DNA of 64,000 nucleotides from Azolla caroliniana (Eukaryota; Plantae; Polypodiophyta). Location of the stretch: NCBI GenBank assembly GCA_043228905.1, contig JBHGNT010000004.1, positions 17,980,001 through 18,044,000 on the forward strand, read 5' to 3'. Positions 12,519-24,306 of the stretch are shown here, piece after piece (the stretch's first letter is position 1; every line of letters begins with the position of its first letter). The translations under genes were made by a program, and so were the position numbers. Below the pieces are notes generated by a model. It was not told where the DNA came from, did not search any database, and saw only the letters and a program-made list of their open reading frames with translations.

Positions 12519-14301
12519 ACTGTCAAAACCAAGAATAAAAGATAGAGTGATAGAAGAAGGATATAAGGGAACATGAGAAGAAAGGAATGAAATGCTAAGA
12601 GAAGAATGGGTGTATTAAGATAGAGAAAGAAAGAGAATGGATACAAGATATGTAATGAGAACTAAAGACTGGTGTTGATTCAAATTGATTTGAGAATGCA
12701 TGTATGCCCTTATTTATAGGTTCCTATAGAATAGCTTAGAGATTTCTATAATGTTCTAGACCTAGAATGTTCTAGGACATTCTAGAACATTATAGAATGA
12801 TCTAGAGTTTTTACAATAATCAATCTAATACAAAAAGTAGCTTTTATTCTATCATATGACAATAAGTTATCTTAATGGTTGAGGTTTTTAATTATGGATT
12901 ACAAGGTTCGAGCAGTGACGCCATAATGGTCATGTGTTCATGACAATGCCAAGATTGTGGCATAAATCATCATTTCACCATTAGAAGAACACCAGAATAG
13001 AATTGGGTGTTAGACCATAAGAACAAGACACTTGTGGAGAAAGTTTGTTGTATGTTGTCTAACACTGGATTAGGCAAAAACTTTTGGGTTGAGGCTATGA
13101 TGTATGCTCAACATCTCGTCAATTGTTTGCCATCATCTACTATAGGTGGCAAAACTCCATTATAGGTATGGTCTGGAAAACCTACAATTGATTATGATAC
13201 TTTGCATATTTTTGGTTCTACTACATATTATCATGTAACTTAATCAAAGTTGGATCCACGAGCAAAGAAGGCTCTTTTCATGGGCTTCAATGCTGGAGTG
13301 AAGGGTTATCGTTTTTGGTGTCTTGATGTAAAGAAGACGATTACAAATAGAGATGTTACCTTTGATGAATCTGCCATGTTGAACAAGGTAAATCTAGAAA
13401 AACCGGATTATACTCCGATACAAGTGGAGGGTACTTCGAAGCAGGTGAAGTTTGAGAGGATAGTGGTGACTCCAAGGCGAGGCACCACCAATGACTCTCC
13501 TATGGTAGAACAAGAGTCAAATGAGGAAGAGGTTCCGACCCAAGAACCTCTGCAGCAATCAGAACCAATTGCAATAAGAAGACAGAGACGAGTAATTTGG
13601 AAGCTTGCAGCTCGTTTTGCTGACATGGTAGCTTATACTTCTAGTTTGTGATGATAATGTTCCATCCACCTACCCAGAGGTCATTCGGAGCACAGAAAGT
13701 GGCAATTGGGCTAGTGTAATGGAAGAAGAGATGCAATCTCTTAAGAAGAACAAGACATGGAAGCTGACACAACTACCGAAAGGGAGAAAGGCAATTGGGT
13801 GCAAATGGGTATTTGCAAAGAAAGTAGGATTTCCGAGTAAAGAAGACATTCGCTACAAGGCAAGGTTGTAGCTAAAGGCTATGCACAAAAGGGGGGAATT
13901 GATTATAATGAGGTATTTTCTCCAGTTATAAACCATTCTTCCATTAGAATTTTGTTGGCCTTGGTAGTATACTTAAATTTGGAGCTAGCTCAACTTGATG
14001 TGAAGACCTTGTTCTTACATGGTGATTTGAAGGAGGAAATCTATATGATTTAACCAGAATGATACAAGGGTTGCTAGTAAAGAAGTCTCTGAGACAGTGG
14101 TACAAACGATTTGATAAGTTCATGAAGGGACAAAAGTACAGGAGAAGCAAATACGATCATTGTGTGTACTTGTGTAATCTTCAAGATGGTTTATACATCT
14201 AGTTACTCTTATATGTTGATGATATGTTGAATGTAGCAAAGAGTCAAGGTGAGATTGACAAGTTGAAGGCTCAAATGAGTAAAGAGTTCGAGATGAAGGA
14301 T

Positions 14302-15006
14302 TTGGGGGAAGCCAAGAATATTCTTGGCATGGAGATAAGTAGAGATAGAGAGAGGGGAAAACTTTGTTTGTCATAGAAGCAATATTTGAATAGGATACTA
14401 CAACGTTTTGATATGTACGATGATACAAAACTTGTAAGTACTCCACTTGCTCCTCATTTGAAGCTAAGTAGTCGATTATCTCCAACAAATGATGAAGAGT
14501 GAGAATACATGGCGAAAGTCTTGTATGCAAATGCAATTGGGGGAAGCCAAGAATATTCTTGGCATGGAGATAAGTAGAGATAGAGAGAGGGGAAAACTTT
14601 GTTTGTCATAGAAGCAATATTTGAAGAGGATACTATAATGTTTTGGTATGTACGATGATACAAAACTTGTAAGTACTCCACTTGCTCCTCATTTGAAGCT
14701 AAGTAGTCGATTATCTCCAACAAATGATGAAGAGCGAGAATACATGGCGAAAGTCTTGTATGCAAATGCAATTGGGGGAAGCCAAGAATATTCTTGGCAT
14801 GGAGATAAGTAGAGATAGAGAGAGGGGAAAACTTTGTTTGTCATAGAAGCAATATTTGAAGAGGATACTACAACATTTTGGTATATACGATGATACAAAA
14901 CTTGTAAGTACTCCACTTACTCCTGATTTGAAACTAAGTAGTCGATTATCTCCAATAAATGATGAAGAGCGAGAATACATGATGAAAGTCTCGTATGCAA
15001 ATGCAG
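14302..15006 (+). repeat. Tandem triplication of a 235-bp RT segment in Copia-1
   Basis: ttgggggaagccaagaatattcttggc starts at 14302, 14537 and 14772. Confidence 0.92.
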
Positions 15007-15747
15007 TTGGAAGCTTTGTACAAGACCTGATATTTCACATGTTGTTAATATTGTTAGTAGGTATATGCATGATCTGGAAGGGGTCATTGGCAAGTTGTGA
15101 AATGGATTCTACGGTACCTTCAAAATACCATGGATGTTGGATTGACATTTGAGGAGGATAAATCACTTGATAAATGCATAATTGGATATTGTGATTCTAA
15201 TTATGCAGGTGATTTGGATAAGAGACGATCTACAATTGGCTATTTGTTCACTTTGACAAAGCAGCTAGTTAGTTGGAAGTCTACTTTACAGTCAACAGTG
15301 GCTTTCTCTACAACAAAGGCAAAGTATATGGCAAATACAAAGGCTGTGAAGGAAGTAATTTGGTTTAATGGGTTGCTTAAAGACTTGGGAGTTGGTCAGA
15401 AACAACTTGATGTGTATTTTAACAGTCAGAGTGCCATTCATTTGGCCAAGAACCAAGTCTTTCACTCATGGACGAAGCACATTGATGTTCACAATCACTT
15501 TGTGCGAGAAATTCTAGAAGAGGAAGAGATACTTCTCCAGAAGATTGATACTAAGGAGAATCCTGCATATATGTTGACCAAGGTGGTTACAAGGGCCAAG
15601 TTTGAACTTTGTTTAGACTTGGTTAATATCCAACGCATTTAAAGTTGGCGCCTCACATCGCAGATTTGTAGGCACAATGTTTTATTATTTGTTTGCTTGA
15701 GAATATTTGTATTTGGAAGCATAAGAGATTGTGCTAAGGTGGAGATT

Positions 15748-16205
15748 TGTTAACTTTTTGGCTCATTCTTTATCCCACATAGTTTGGGAAGGTGGTTTGG
15801 GTGTTATAAATACCTCCTCTTCCTCTTAGTTTTGCATCCTCAATTTTGTATTCTTCTCACCCAACCTTAATAGAGCATGCTGCTTTAGAGGACGTAGTCT
15901 TAATTGGCCAAACCTCGGTAAATTTTGCTGTTGTTTTCTCTCTCCTTATTACTCTATCTAATAGCTTTATTCTCCTTCTTACTCTATCTAATAGCTTTAT
16001 TCTCGGAAAGGAGAGAGAAAACAACAACAGAATTTACTGAGGTTTGGCTAATTAAGACGTCCTCCAAAGCAGCATGCTCTATTAAGGTTGGGAGAGAAAA
16101 ATACGAAATTGAGGATGCAAAACTACCAGGAAGAAGAACATATTTATAACTCCCAAACCACCTTCCCAAACTATCTGAGATAAAGAATGGGCCAAAAGGT
16201 TAACA
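15748..16205. repeat. Copia-1 3' LTR (truncated) fused to an inverted ~200-bp LTR copy
   Basis: 15748-16006 matches the 5' LTR. 16007-16205 is the reverse complement of the LTR's first ~200 nt. Confidence 0.88.
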
Positions 16206-17733
16206 TGGGCTAGGTTTTGGCTCAAATTGAATTGAACCGTTAATCATTGGTTTAACAATTTATGGGTTCCAATATAATTTAACAGTTTGGTTTGGTTCAA
16301 TTATTATCAAAATGGTTTGGTTTTAGTTCTATCTATTTATAAGTTTAAGTGGTTCAGTTTAATGGTTCATTGGTTTTTGGTTAACTTTTTTTGTTACCTT
16401 AATGGTTTAGTTAATTTTTTTTCATTGATTTAATTGATTTAATTTAATGTATTTTTATTTATTTAATTTTCTATTAATTTGACTTAAATGTTTATTTAAT
16501 TTAATGTACTTTTGTTTATTTAATTTTTAAATTAATTTACATTAAATGGTTTGGTTTGGTTTACATGGCTTGGGAGTTCATAAATGGTTTGGTTTTTGTT
16601 TTCTTTAAATGGTTCAGTTCGATTTCAAGGCAAAGAAGTTGAACTAAACCAAGCCCATAGCTAATTTGAGGCTCATTGGAATTGAGGGCTCATTAGACTT
16701 GGTGCCTCATTAGGATCAAGGGCTTGCTAATTAATGTGGTAATTCAAGTTGTCTCTCTCCTTCTCTTCTTCCCTCTCTTCTACCACGATGGCACTTAAAC
16801 GATTAAAACAAGATTAGGATTAATAACATTAGATTAACACAATAAAACCTAGATTAAGACAAAACACATGATTACTGCAAAGAAAACCCCTTTCAAAATG
16901 GGGTTCACAACACATTTACAAATGATGGTAAGAATGGTTATAAATGGTCACCAAGGTGACTCCAAGTGAAGCTAACAAATGATGTTCGATTAAGCTTTTG
17001 ATGGGGACCTGAGCTTCGTGCTACTGACAAGGCATTGCTTACAATCAACAACACCATTGTCTGTGGCTAATGTAGTGTCCTCGTGCCACTTTAAGCATCT
17101 TTCCTCGATCCATAATCAAACTCTATTTTTTTGTTGTTGTGATGCTCTGGTGGTAATTAAGAAAATCTCAAAACAAAAATATAAAAAGATGAGGAGAGGT
17201 GGTCCTACTCCACTCTCACTCTCGTTACCTCCTAAACCCTAGACTCCAAATAACCTAAGAATAATAAGAGTAATCCCTAAAGTTAGTAGATAACGACCCC
17301 CAAAACGCCAAAAAATTTGAACATTAAAATAAGCCCTCCTTTCCCCATTTTATAGTGACAAAGGCGCCAACAATGAAATTTAATGCTCACCAACCCTTTT
17401 TTCATAAAGTATGTAAAAGGAGAACTACTTCATGCATTGGTTGGGACTTAACCTCTAAATCCTTTCCTTTACAATCTATAACCTCACCATTTAACTATTT
17501 ATTTTTTAATATTATATTATCATTTCATATATATCCATGTCACACTTTCCCTTTTTTTCCTTATTTTTACATTTGGATCCACGACATCATGACATTTGAG
17601 TAAGTCATGTATTAGGAAAGGGAAGGAGTTCATGTGCTTGTCAAGTGTCCACTTCTTCCAACCCCCCATCACTTAATGTGGATATTTCACCACCCTTAAA
17701 AGAATATATATTATTCATCTTTTTATAATTAAA

Positions 17734-17776
17734 CTATCTCATGATTAGTTATAGTTTATAACTAATCATGAGATAG
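17734..17776. repeat. Perfect 20-bp inverted repeat with 3-nt loop
   Basis: ctatctcatgattagttata-gtt-tataactaatcatgagatag. Confidence 0.9.
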
Positions 17777-17779
17777 ATT

Positions 17780-20700
17780 TTCCGTAGTTTTCTTAATTGT
17801 TGTCCGCGGAGTCAGACTAGGGGGAAACGATGTAAAAAACGAAGGGGGACTAGGGGATAAGCATAGCCTCATAATATGGAAGCACTAGGAAGTATAAACG
17901 CATGTAACGCTCCACGCACTGAGAGTAATCGTCCATGCCCACAGTCGAACATCAGGGAATTGAGGTCTAACCGTCGACGCACCAGAGAACCAATTCGTTA
18001 GGATCAACCAAAAACCCGGTCCATAACCCACAAGCCGAAAGAACACGCTACGCAAAAACCACGCCTCAACGACTGCTTTCCGACTCTCTCGGAGTATACG
18101 CTAGAATCGACGCTCACCACACAAAGCGGCACTAGGCAGGAGCTCCTATCTCCACTGGAGCAGTGTAGTGAAACCACCACTTCATGGACCCCCTCAGATT
18201 GCGTTGGTAATACTTACCCAAGCGCTAGCCTATCGACTTGAATGGCTTTCTCGTACCCTCGCTTTAGCGGAGATACCGACGCCGAGGGCCATGCTCGGTC
18301 GTTCCTAAATGTCTGGAACGTGAACCATGTGTCACAATGGCTTTCGGAAGCTGAAGCCCACGCAACCAAAATCGCAAAGTTTGGATTAACCCTAGATCAG
18401 CAGTTGCCCATTGGCATTCTCAGCTCGACATTACGTTATTTGTCTCCTTCGACCAACTCCAATCGTCGTTTTTACGTTTCTTCCATCGAAGCATTCCCCA
18501 ATGTGAGATCATCGACCAGTTCTATACGATTAAATAGCTTTCCGCAAGAGCCCGTGGCTGATTTCAACCTGCGTTTCCAGAGTTTACAACGCCAGTTGAT
18601 AAGAGCTCCTATGGAGGACGAAGCGAAAGAAACATTTTTGATGGCATTGCGTCGACCCTTCCAGACAACGCTAAATATGCAAAATTTAACGGGCCAAACA
18701 ACGGATACAGTTATAGAACGGACCCTACAGCTCGAGTTAGAAGAGGAGGACGATGGGATGTCTATGACATCGCTACGTCAAGCATTACCCAGAGACGAAG
18801 AGTACTGCTTCCGGCAAGGCATTCAGTGCAAGATCTGCTTGAAGTCAAGGCATTCTGTGGTGGATTGCAACATGCGAATCCATTACCCCATTTGTCATTC
18901 ACGAGCGCACATGGTGGATCAATGCGAATATAACATGTTAAATCGGACCACGCTGTCAGTCTGTCGTATGGAGCCTCAACGGACTAATCGCCACAACAAC
19001 CAAGGTCAACAAGAGGAGCGTTACAGGAATACATAGCGTAATCAACGTCCGGGCCGGTTGAACCATCTTCATTGCAACAATTATCTGTATTTGGACAAAG
19101 AAGAGCAAGAAGAAGAGGATTACTCGAGCAATGAACATTACAACCCTAAACCCTAAACCATCAAGGTGGTGCTTCAAGGCCAGGAAATCACGGCTTGCAT
19201 TATCGACGACGGCTCTGGGGTGAACGTGATTAGTAAGGCCACGTGTAACCGGCTCGGCATTACGGAATGGGAAGCCAACCTATTTTGGCTCCAAATGGCG
19301 GATACTCGTTCCATCAAACCATTAGGGTTGGTTCGGAAATTACGGATCATAATCGGCGGCCATTCCTTTGAAATTGTCGTTGTTGTTTTGGCTCTAGACG
19401 TGCCATGGGAGTATCCTATCTTGTTAGGACGTCCATGGTTATGCTCTGCTAATATCAAGCAGAACTTGCAGTACAACTACATTAGCTTTCGACGAGGCCG
19501 AGCCAAGGTCCAGGTCCCGACGCAAGAAACCACCTCACCCACAAAAGCAATAACGCCACTATACATGGAAGAAATTAACATGCCGAAAGGGCCGGAGGAT
19601 ACGGAACTCGAAGCATACCTAGAAGAAAATCCGTGGATCGTACCACTGTTCAAGATAGACATCCTTGAGACCGCCAACAAGTACGTACCGGCAGATGAGG
19701 CGTACGAACCGGATCCCGAATCATTGCTGGAGTTTAGCAAAGCACGAGAGGCATTTGAGCGGGAGATGGAAATCTCGCAACGAGTCATGACGTCGACGAT
19801 GGAAGAAATCAATGTAAGGTCAATCGAGGCACCAAGGCCACTGTTGATAGCGAAGGACCCAATGCCAACCGAAAAAATTGGAATGATTGACTTATTATGA
19901 GAATATAAAGATGTGTTTGCATGGTCACACGACGACATGAAGGGGTTAGACCCAAAATTTTACCAGCATAAAATTAACTTGGCCACGGACACAAAACCAG
20001 TTCAGTAGAGATGCTATCGCATAAACCCCAATTATGTAGCACGCATAAAGGAGGAAATCAACAAGCTCTTGAAAGTTGGGTTTATTCAGTCAGTAAAACA
20101 AGCAACATCATTGAGCCCAATCATAGTCCTTCCCAAGAAAAATGGAAAAACCCGAGTCTGCATCTGCGTCGACTACCGCAATTTAAACGGAGTTACAATC
20201 ACAAACGCATTCCCTTTGCCATTTATGGATTGCGGTCGCAGGCCATGAAATGTACAGTTTCCTAGATGGGTTTAGTGGGTACAACCAGATACGCATGCAC
20301 CCGGAGGATCAAGAGAAAACCACATTTGTAACTGATCGGGGCGTGTTTGTGGCCATAGTAATGATGTTCAGATTAAATACCACTCCGGCCACGTTCCAAC
20401 GCATCATTGTCGAGATTTTTGGTGACTTCATTCCTGCGTTCATGCAAGTCTTCCTCGATGACTTTGCTATCTATGGGATGCAAGTGGATCATTTAGGCCA
20501 TCTACGGCTATACTTAGAACGATGTCGTACTTCATGACTCAACCTCAATCCGGCGAAGTGCGCATTCAGAGTCACCAGCGGAGCCTTTCTCTGGCACATA
20601 GTGAGCGAAGATGGTATTGCGGTGAATCCTGAGAAAATCAAAGCCATCATTGAAGCGTTGGCTCTTGGCGACACAAAGGCTCTTATTCGTTTCTTGGGGC

Positions 20701-21271
20701 AAATTCGTTGGCATAGCCACATGCTCTGTTATCTGGCAGATTTCACATTGTTGTACCTTGACGCTAAACAATCACTAACAGGGAAAATGGCCCAATGGAT
20801 GCTGCTATTACAAGAATTTGAGTTCAAAATCCAGCATCGGCTAGGGACACAACATGCGGTGGCGGATTATCTAATTTGGATCGACAATGGCAACAACACA
20901 ATCGCAGGACACGATGACTTTCCGAACGCCGAAATCTTGCGTATTACGATAGCCGAGGTGAAAGACGGCAAGCACTCCTCGGATAAATGGCTGATGGAAA
21001 TGATCTCCTTCTTAAGTATGGGGCTACCACCTCCGCAACTAAGGACGGACAAAAAGAAACGAGTGGCAGTCAAGAGCCGAAACTTCTATCTCTTAAAAGG
21101 AATATTATACCATAAGGGAAACGACAACATCTGGCAGCGGTGTGTACGACAGGACAAAAAGCACATGGTCTTACGAGAGGCTCAGTGTGGCACGGCAGGG
21201 GGGGCACTATGCAGGCCTGGATGTAATGGTCCGGAAGGTATGGCAAGCAAGACTGTGGTGGCCCACAACGT
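17780..21271 (+). mobile_element. Ty3/Gypsy (non-chromovirus, Athila/Tat-like) remnant: gag-protease-RT-RNaseH-start of integrase
   Basis: gag-like 18242-19036, protease IIDDGSGVNV, DVFAWSHDDMKGLD, RT YSFLDGFSGYNQI...FLDDF, RNaseH LLLQEFEF, and integrase Zn region GGHYAG...WWPT, where it is cut by another LTR. The 5' boundary is approximate. Confidence 0.8.
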
Positions 21272-24015
21272 TGTCATGGCGTGGCTCACCCAGAAGCGTC
21301 GCGTTGCGCAGACAGAAGATAGCGTGAAAGTGAGGAAGGAATCGTTGGGATTATGGACGGAAGAGAAGAAAGAGTAGAGATGGAGTAAATAAAGATCGAC
21401 AGGATATGGCAAGGTAGGATTTGTAAGAAATATGAGATTTGGAAAGATAAGATATAAAATGATATTTGAGAAAATTTAAGAAATTTATAATCATTATCAT
21501 GAAAGAGTTACAAAATGGTTGCGAGCGTCATTGGACCTTCGATTTTCATCTCACGAGGTAACCGCTCTTCCCTTCCTTGATAATAGACCATAATCTTCCC
21601 TTCAATCTTTCAAGGAGGATAAGACTCGAACCACTGCCTTTCCGTTGCGAGTTAAGGACCACAACCGCCAAGCTAGTTGTCCTCTAATCTTTTGAAGATA
21701 GGTCTCTCTCCCTCTTTGTCTATTATGATATATTATAAAATTCTCTCTTGATCCAATATAATTCGATTCAATCTTATTTCTTGATCTCCTTATGACTACA
21801 TCCCCTTCTCTTTTTATAGCAAAGGGATAGTCTTGCATGTGGTCCATGTGGGGCACATGCAGAGAGGCTCTTGCATGTGTGCTATATGGTGGACATGTAA
21901 TACATTACAATGTTTACACTATTAAATACACGTTCAAATAATAGAACACATAGATTTTTAATATGTTGTGAGTATTGGCTAAGTGGTAGTGATTGAGGCT
22001 TTCAAAGTTGAGGTTGTGGGTTTGAGTCCTCTCTTGCGCATGTAATACAATTCTTTTTCTTTCTTATTATAGCTACTATAATGTACTATAATTATTTATA
22101 TAGTTTATATATCATGAATGTTGGCTAATTGGTAACATGTGAGGTTCATAAGTTTGAGGTTCTTCTCTTGTCCTCATAATATAGTGTTTTAGTTTATTCA
22201 CTTATATAATGTATAATATTATATAAAACACTATCAAGATTCTTTTTATTTTAGTTATGCATTTATCTTATTGTAGACTTTTGATGTGAAGCTTTTATAC
22301 TTCACGACATCCACCCCCTCTAGACCTGCACATCCTCCGACATGTGCCACTATCTTTCTTCTTCATGTTGATCTATTGGTGGAGGTTCAAGCTCAAACCT
22401 TTTCTTAAATACTTTTATTCTCTTTCCCGCTACCACGTTTAGGATTAGTGTCCCATCCAATTCACAAAGCTTATATGTAAAGTTATCATATACTTTTTTC
22501 ACTATGTAAGGCCCAAACCATCTTTCAGCAAACTTGCGAACGGTGCTATGTTGATTATCTAAACTGCTATCATACACGAGCACCCAATCCCCCTCTTCTA
22601 TTTTCTTAGGTCGAATTTTGTGAGTTTTATCGAAACGAATTTTATTCTTTAGTCGAGCCTCCTTCAATCGTTGGGCTACTAATTCTATATCTTCAGGTCG
22701 ACGCTCTAATTGTTGAATTCGCAAAGCATGCAATTCTTCTCTGCTCACCTCTTCTCTCCATGGAATAGATATCCATGACATGTGGCAAGACATAGAGGCA
22801 TATGAGCGACATTCATGAAGTTGAAAGAAAAGTATTGGTGGCCACATATGTATAAAGATATAACAAAATTTCTGGAAACCTGTGAGATCTACCAGAGGTA
22901 TTCAACTATTCGGCATCAAGATGAGTTAAAACCAACATATTCATCATCAATGCATTATAAATGGATGGTCGATCTAGTGACAATGCCACTTGGGGAAGGT
23001 CAAATGCGATACTTAGTACTAGCAAGAGAAGACCTTACAAACCAAGTAGAAGGAAGACCACTACGATAGAAAACAACTGGAGCTGTATGTAAATATTTGT
23101 TAGAAGATAGAGGAGAACTTGACGCTAATGAAGCTAGAGAATTCTTCAGCCGGATAGGGATCAAATTATCACTTACAACTACGTATAATCCAGAAGCCAA
23201 TGGAAAGATTGAAAGAGGACATAGCCCAATAGTTAAGGCGATCATGAAAAGCTGTAAAGGTAAAATAAGAGATTGGCCACGCATGCTACCTCATGCACTA
23301 TGGGCGGATCAGACAACGCATAGTTCGGTAACATGATACATGCTAGCTGAATTGATACTTGGCCAAAAGCCCATCATGCCGGTAGAAGAATAAATTATGT
23401 CATGGATATCTATTCCATGGAGAGAAGAGGTGAGCAGAGAAGAATTGCGTGCTTTGCGAATTCAACAATTAGAGCGTCGACCTGAAGATATAGGATTAGC
23501 AACCCAACGATTGAAGGAGGCTCGACTAAAGAATAAAATTTGTTTTGATAAAACTCACAGAATTCGGCCTAAGAAAATAGAACAAGGGGATTGGGTGCTC
23601 ATGTATGATAGCAGTTTAGATAATCAACATAGCACCGTCCGCAAGTTTGCTGAAAGATGGTTTGGGCCTTACATAGTGAAAAAAGTATATGATAACTTTA
23701 CCTATAAGCTTTGTGAATTGGATGGGACACTAATCCTAAACATGGTAGCGGGAAAGAGGATAAAAGTATTTAAGAAAATGTTCGAGCTTGAACCTCCACC
23801 AATAGATCAACATGAAGAAGAAAGATAGTGGCACATGCCGGAGGATGTGCAAGTCTAGAGGGGGTGGATGTCGTGAAGTATGAAAGCTTCACATCAAAAG
23901 TCTACAATAAGATAAATACATAACTAAAATAAAAAGAATCTTGATGGTGTTTTATATAATAATATACATTATATAGGTGATATAAAGTAAAACACTATAT
24001 TATGAGGACAAGAGA
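21272..24015. mobile_element. Third Gypsy family: 1.04-kb 3' LTR (21272-22309, minus) plus integrase 3' end, with an inverted duplication
   Basis: tgtcatgg...ttcacgaca LTR with PPT agagggggtgga. Minus-strand integrase C-terminus at 22350-22781. Plus-strand integrase at 22784-23828, then PPT and a truncated LTR start at 23869-24015. Confidence 0.85.
21968..22040 (+). promoter_or_regulatory. tRNA-like Pol III A/B-box cassette inside an LTR
   Basis: tggctaagtgg (A box), ct-ttc-aa anticodon-loop-like segment, gtgggtttgagtcct (T-arm/B box). Confidence 0.55.
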
Positions 24016-24265
24016 GGACTGGAATGAATGAATGCCATACATAGTGAGCGGTGATTTAACTTGCTTCTAAATGGATGGAAGATCGTGCGATCATCATCAT
24101 CATCATAATCCAGATGGAAGATCAGATAGATGCCTGAGGTGGAAGGAGGTGTGGTGAAGAAGGAGAAGAAGAACATTGGTGAGAGGTGATTTGGCGGAAA
24201 GAGGGGGGGGGGGGGTTATTTTTGGGATACCGTTTTATTAACTTTGGTTTTTAAAGGATTCATCT

Positions 24266-24306
24266 TTCTTCTTCATCTTTCTTCTTCTTCTTCTTCTTCT
24301 TCTTCT
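24266..24306 (+). repeat. (CTT)n microsatellite
   Basis: Run of ttc/ctt triplets. Confidence 0.75.

Larger units (their letters stand above)
5287..12945 (-). mobile_element. Ty3/Gypsy chromovirus (Tcn1/Tf1-like), both LTRs present, degenerate ORFs
   Basis: LTRs 5287-5721 and 12521-12945 (TG..CA), with a PPT next to 5722. gag 11323-12306 (CLYCGGPGHIAIHC), protease 10511-11296 (ALLDTRAN), RT 10073-10435, RNaseH, integrase, and chromodomain (EYEVAAILDS..YLVDWLG) at 5722-6009. Inserted in the Copia integrase region (TSD degraded: attct/atgcc). Confidence 0.92.
3483..16205 (+). mobile_element. Ty1/Copia LTR retrotransposon (Tnt1/Tork-like), degenerate, interrupted by a Gypsy at 5287-12945
   Basis: 5' LTR 3483-3750 (TG..CA), PBS tggtattcaagcc at 3753, gag zinc knuckle CAFCHKKGHWKKDC, protease, integrase, RT (YVDD), RNaseH (KHIDV), PPT, 3' LTR from 15748, and TSD tgggc at 3478-3482 and 16206-16210. 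Many stops and frameshifts. Confidence 0.92.
3472..16663 (+). mobile_element. hAT-type MITE split by a Copia insertion (pieces 3472-3482 and 16206-16663)
   Basis: TIRs tagctatgggc...gcccatagcta. The AT-rich body with ggtttggtt subterminal repeats resembles the MITEs at 33.8-36.6 kb. The putative 8-bp TSD is degraded (gttggggg/atttgagg). Confidence 0.75.

Noticed and set aside
21968-22040. Functional tRNA-Glu(TTC) gene
   Set aside because: Acceptor and anticodon stems pair poorly. Reported only as a tRNA-like cassette in an LTR.
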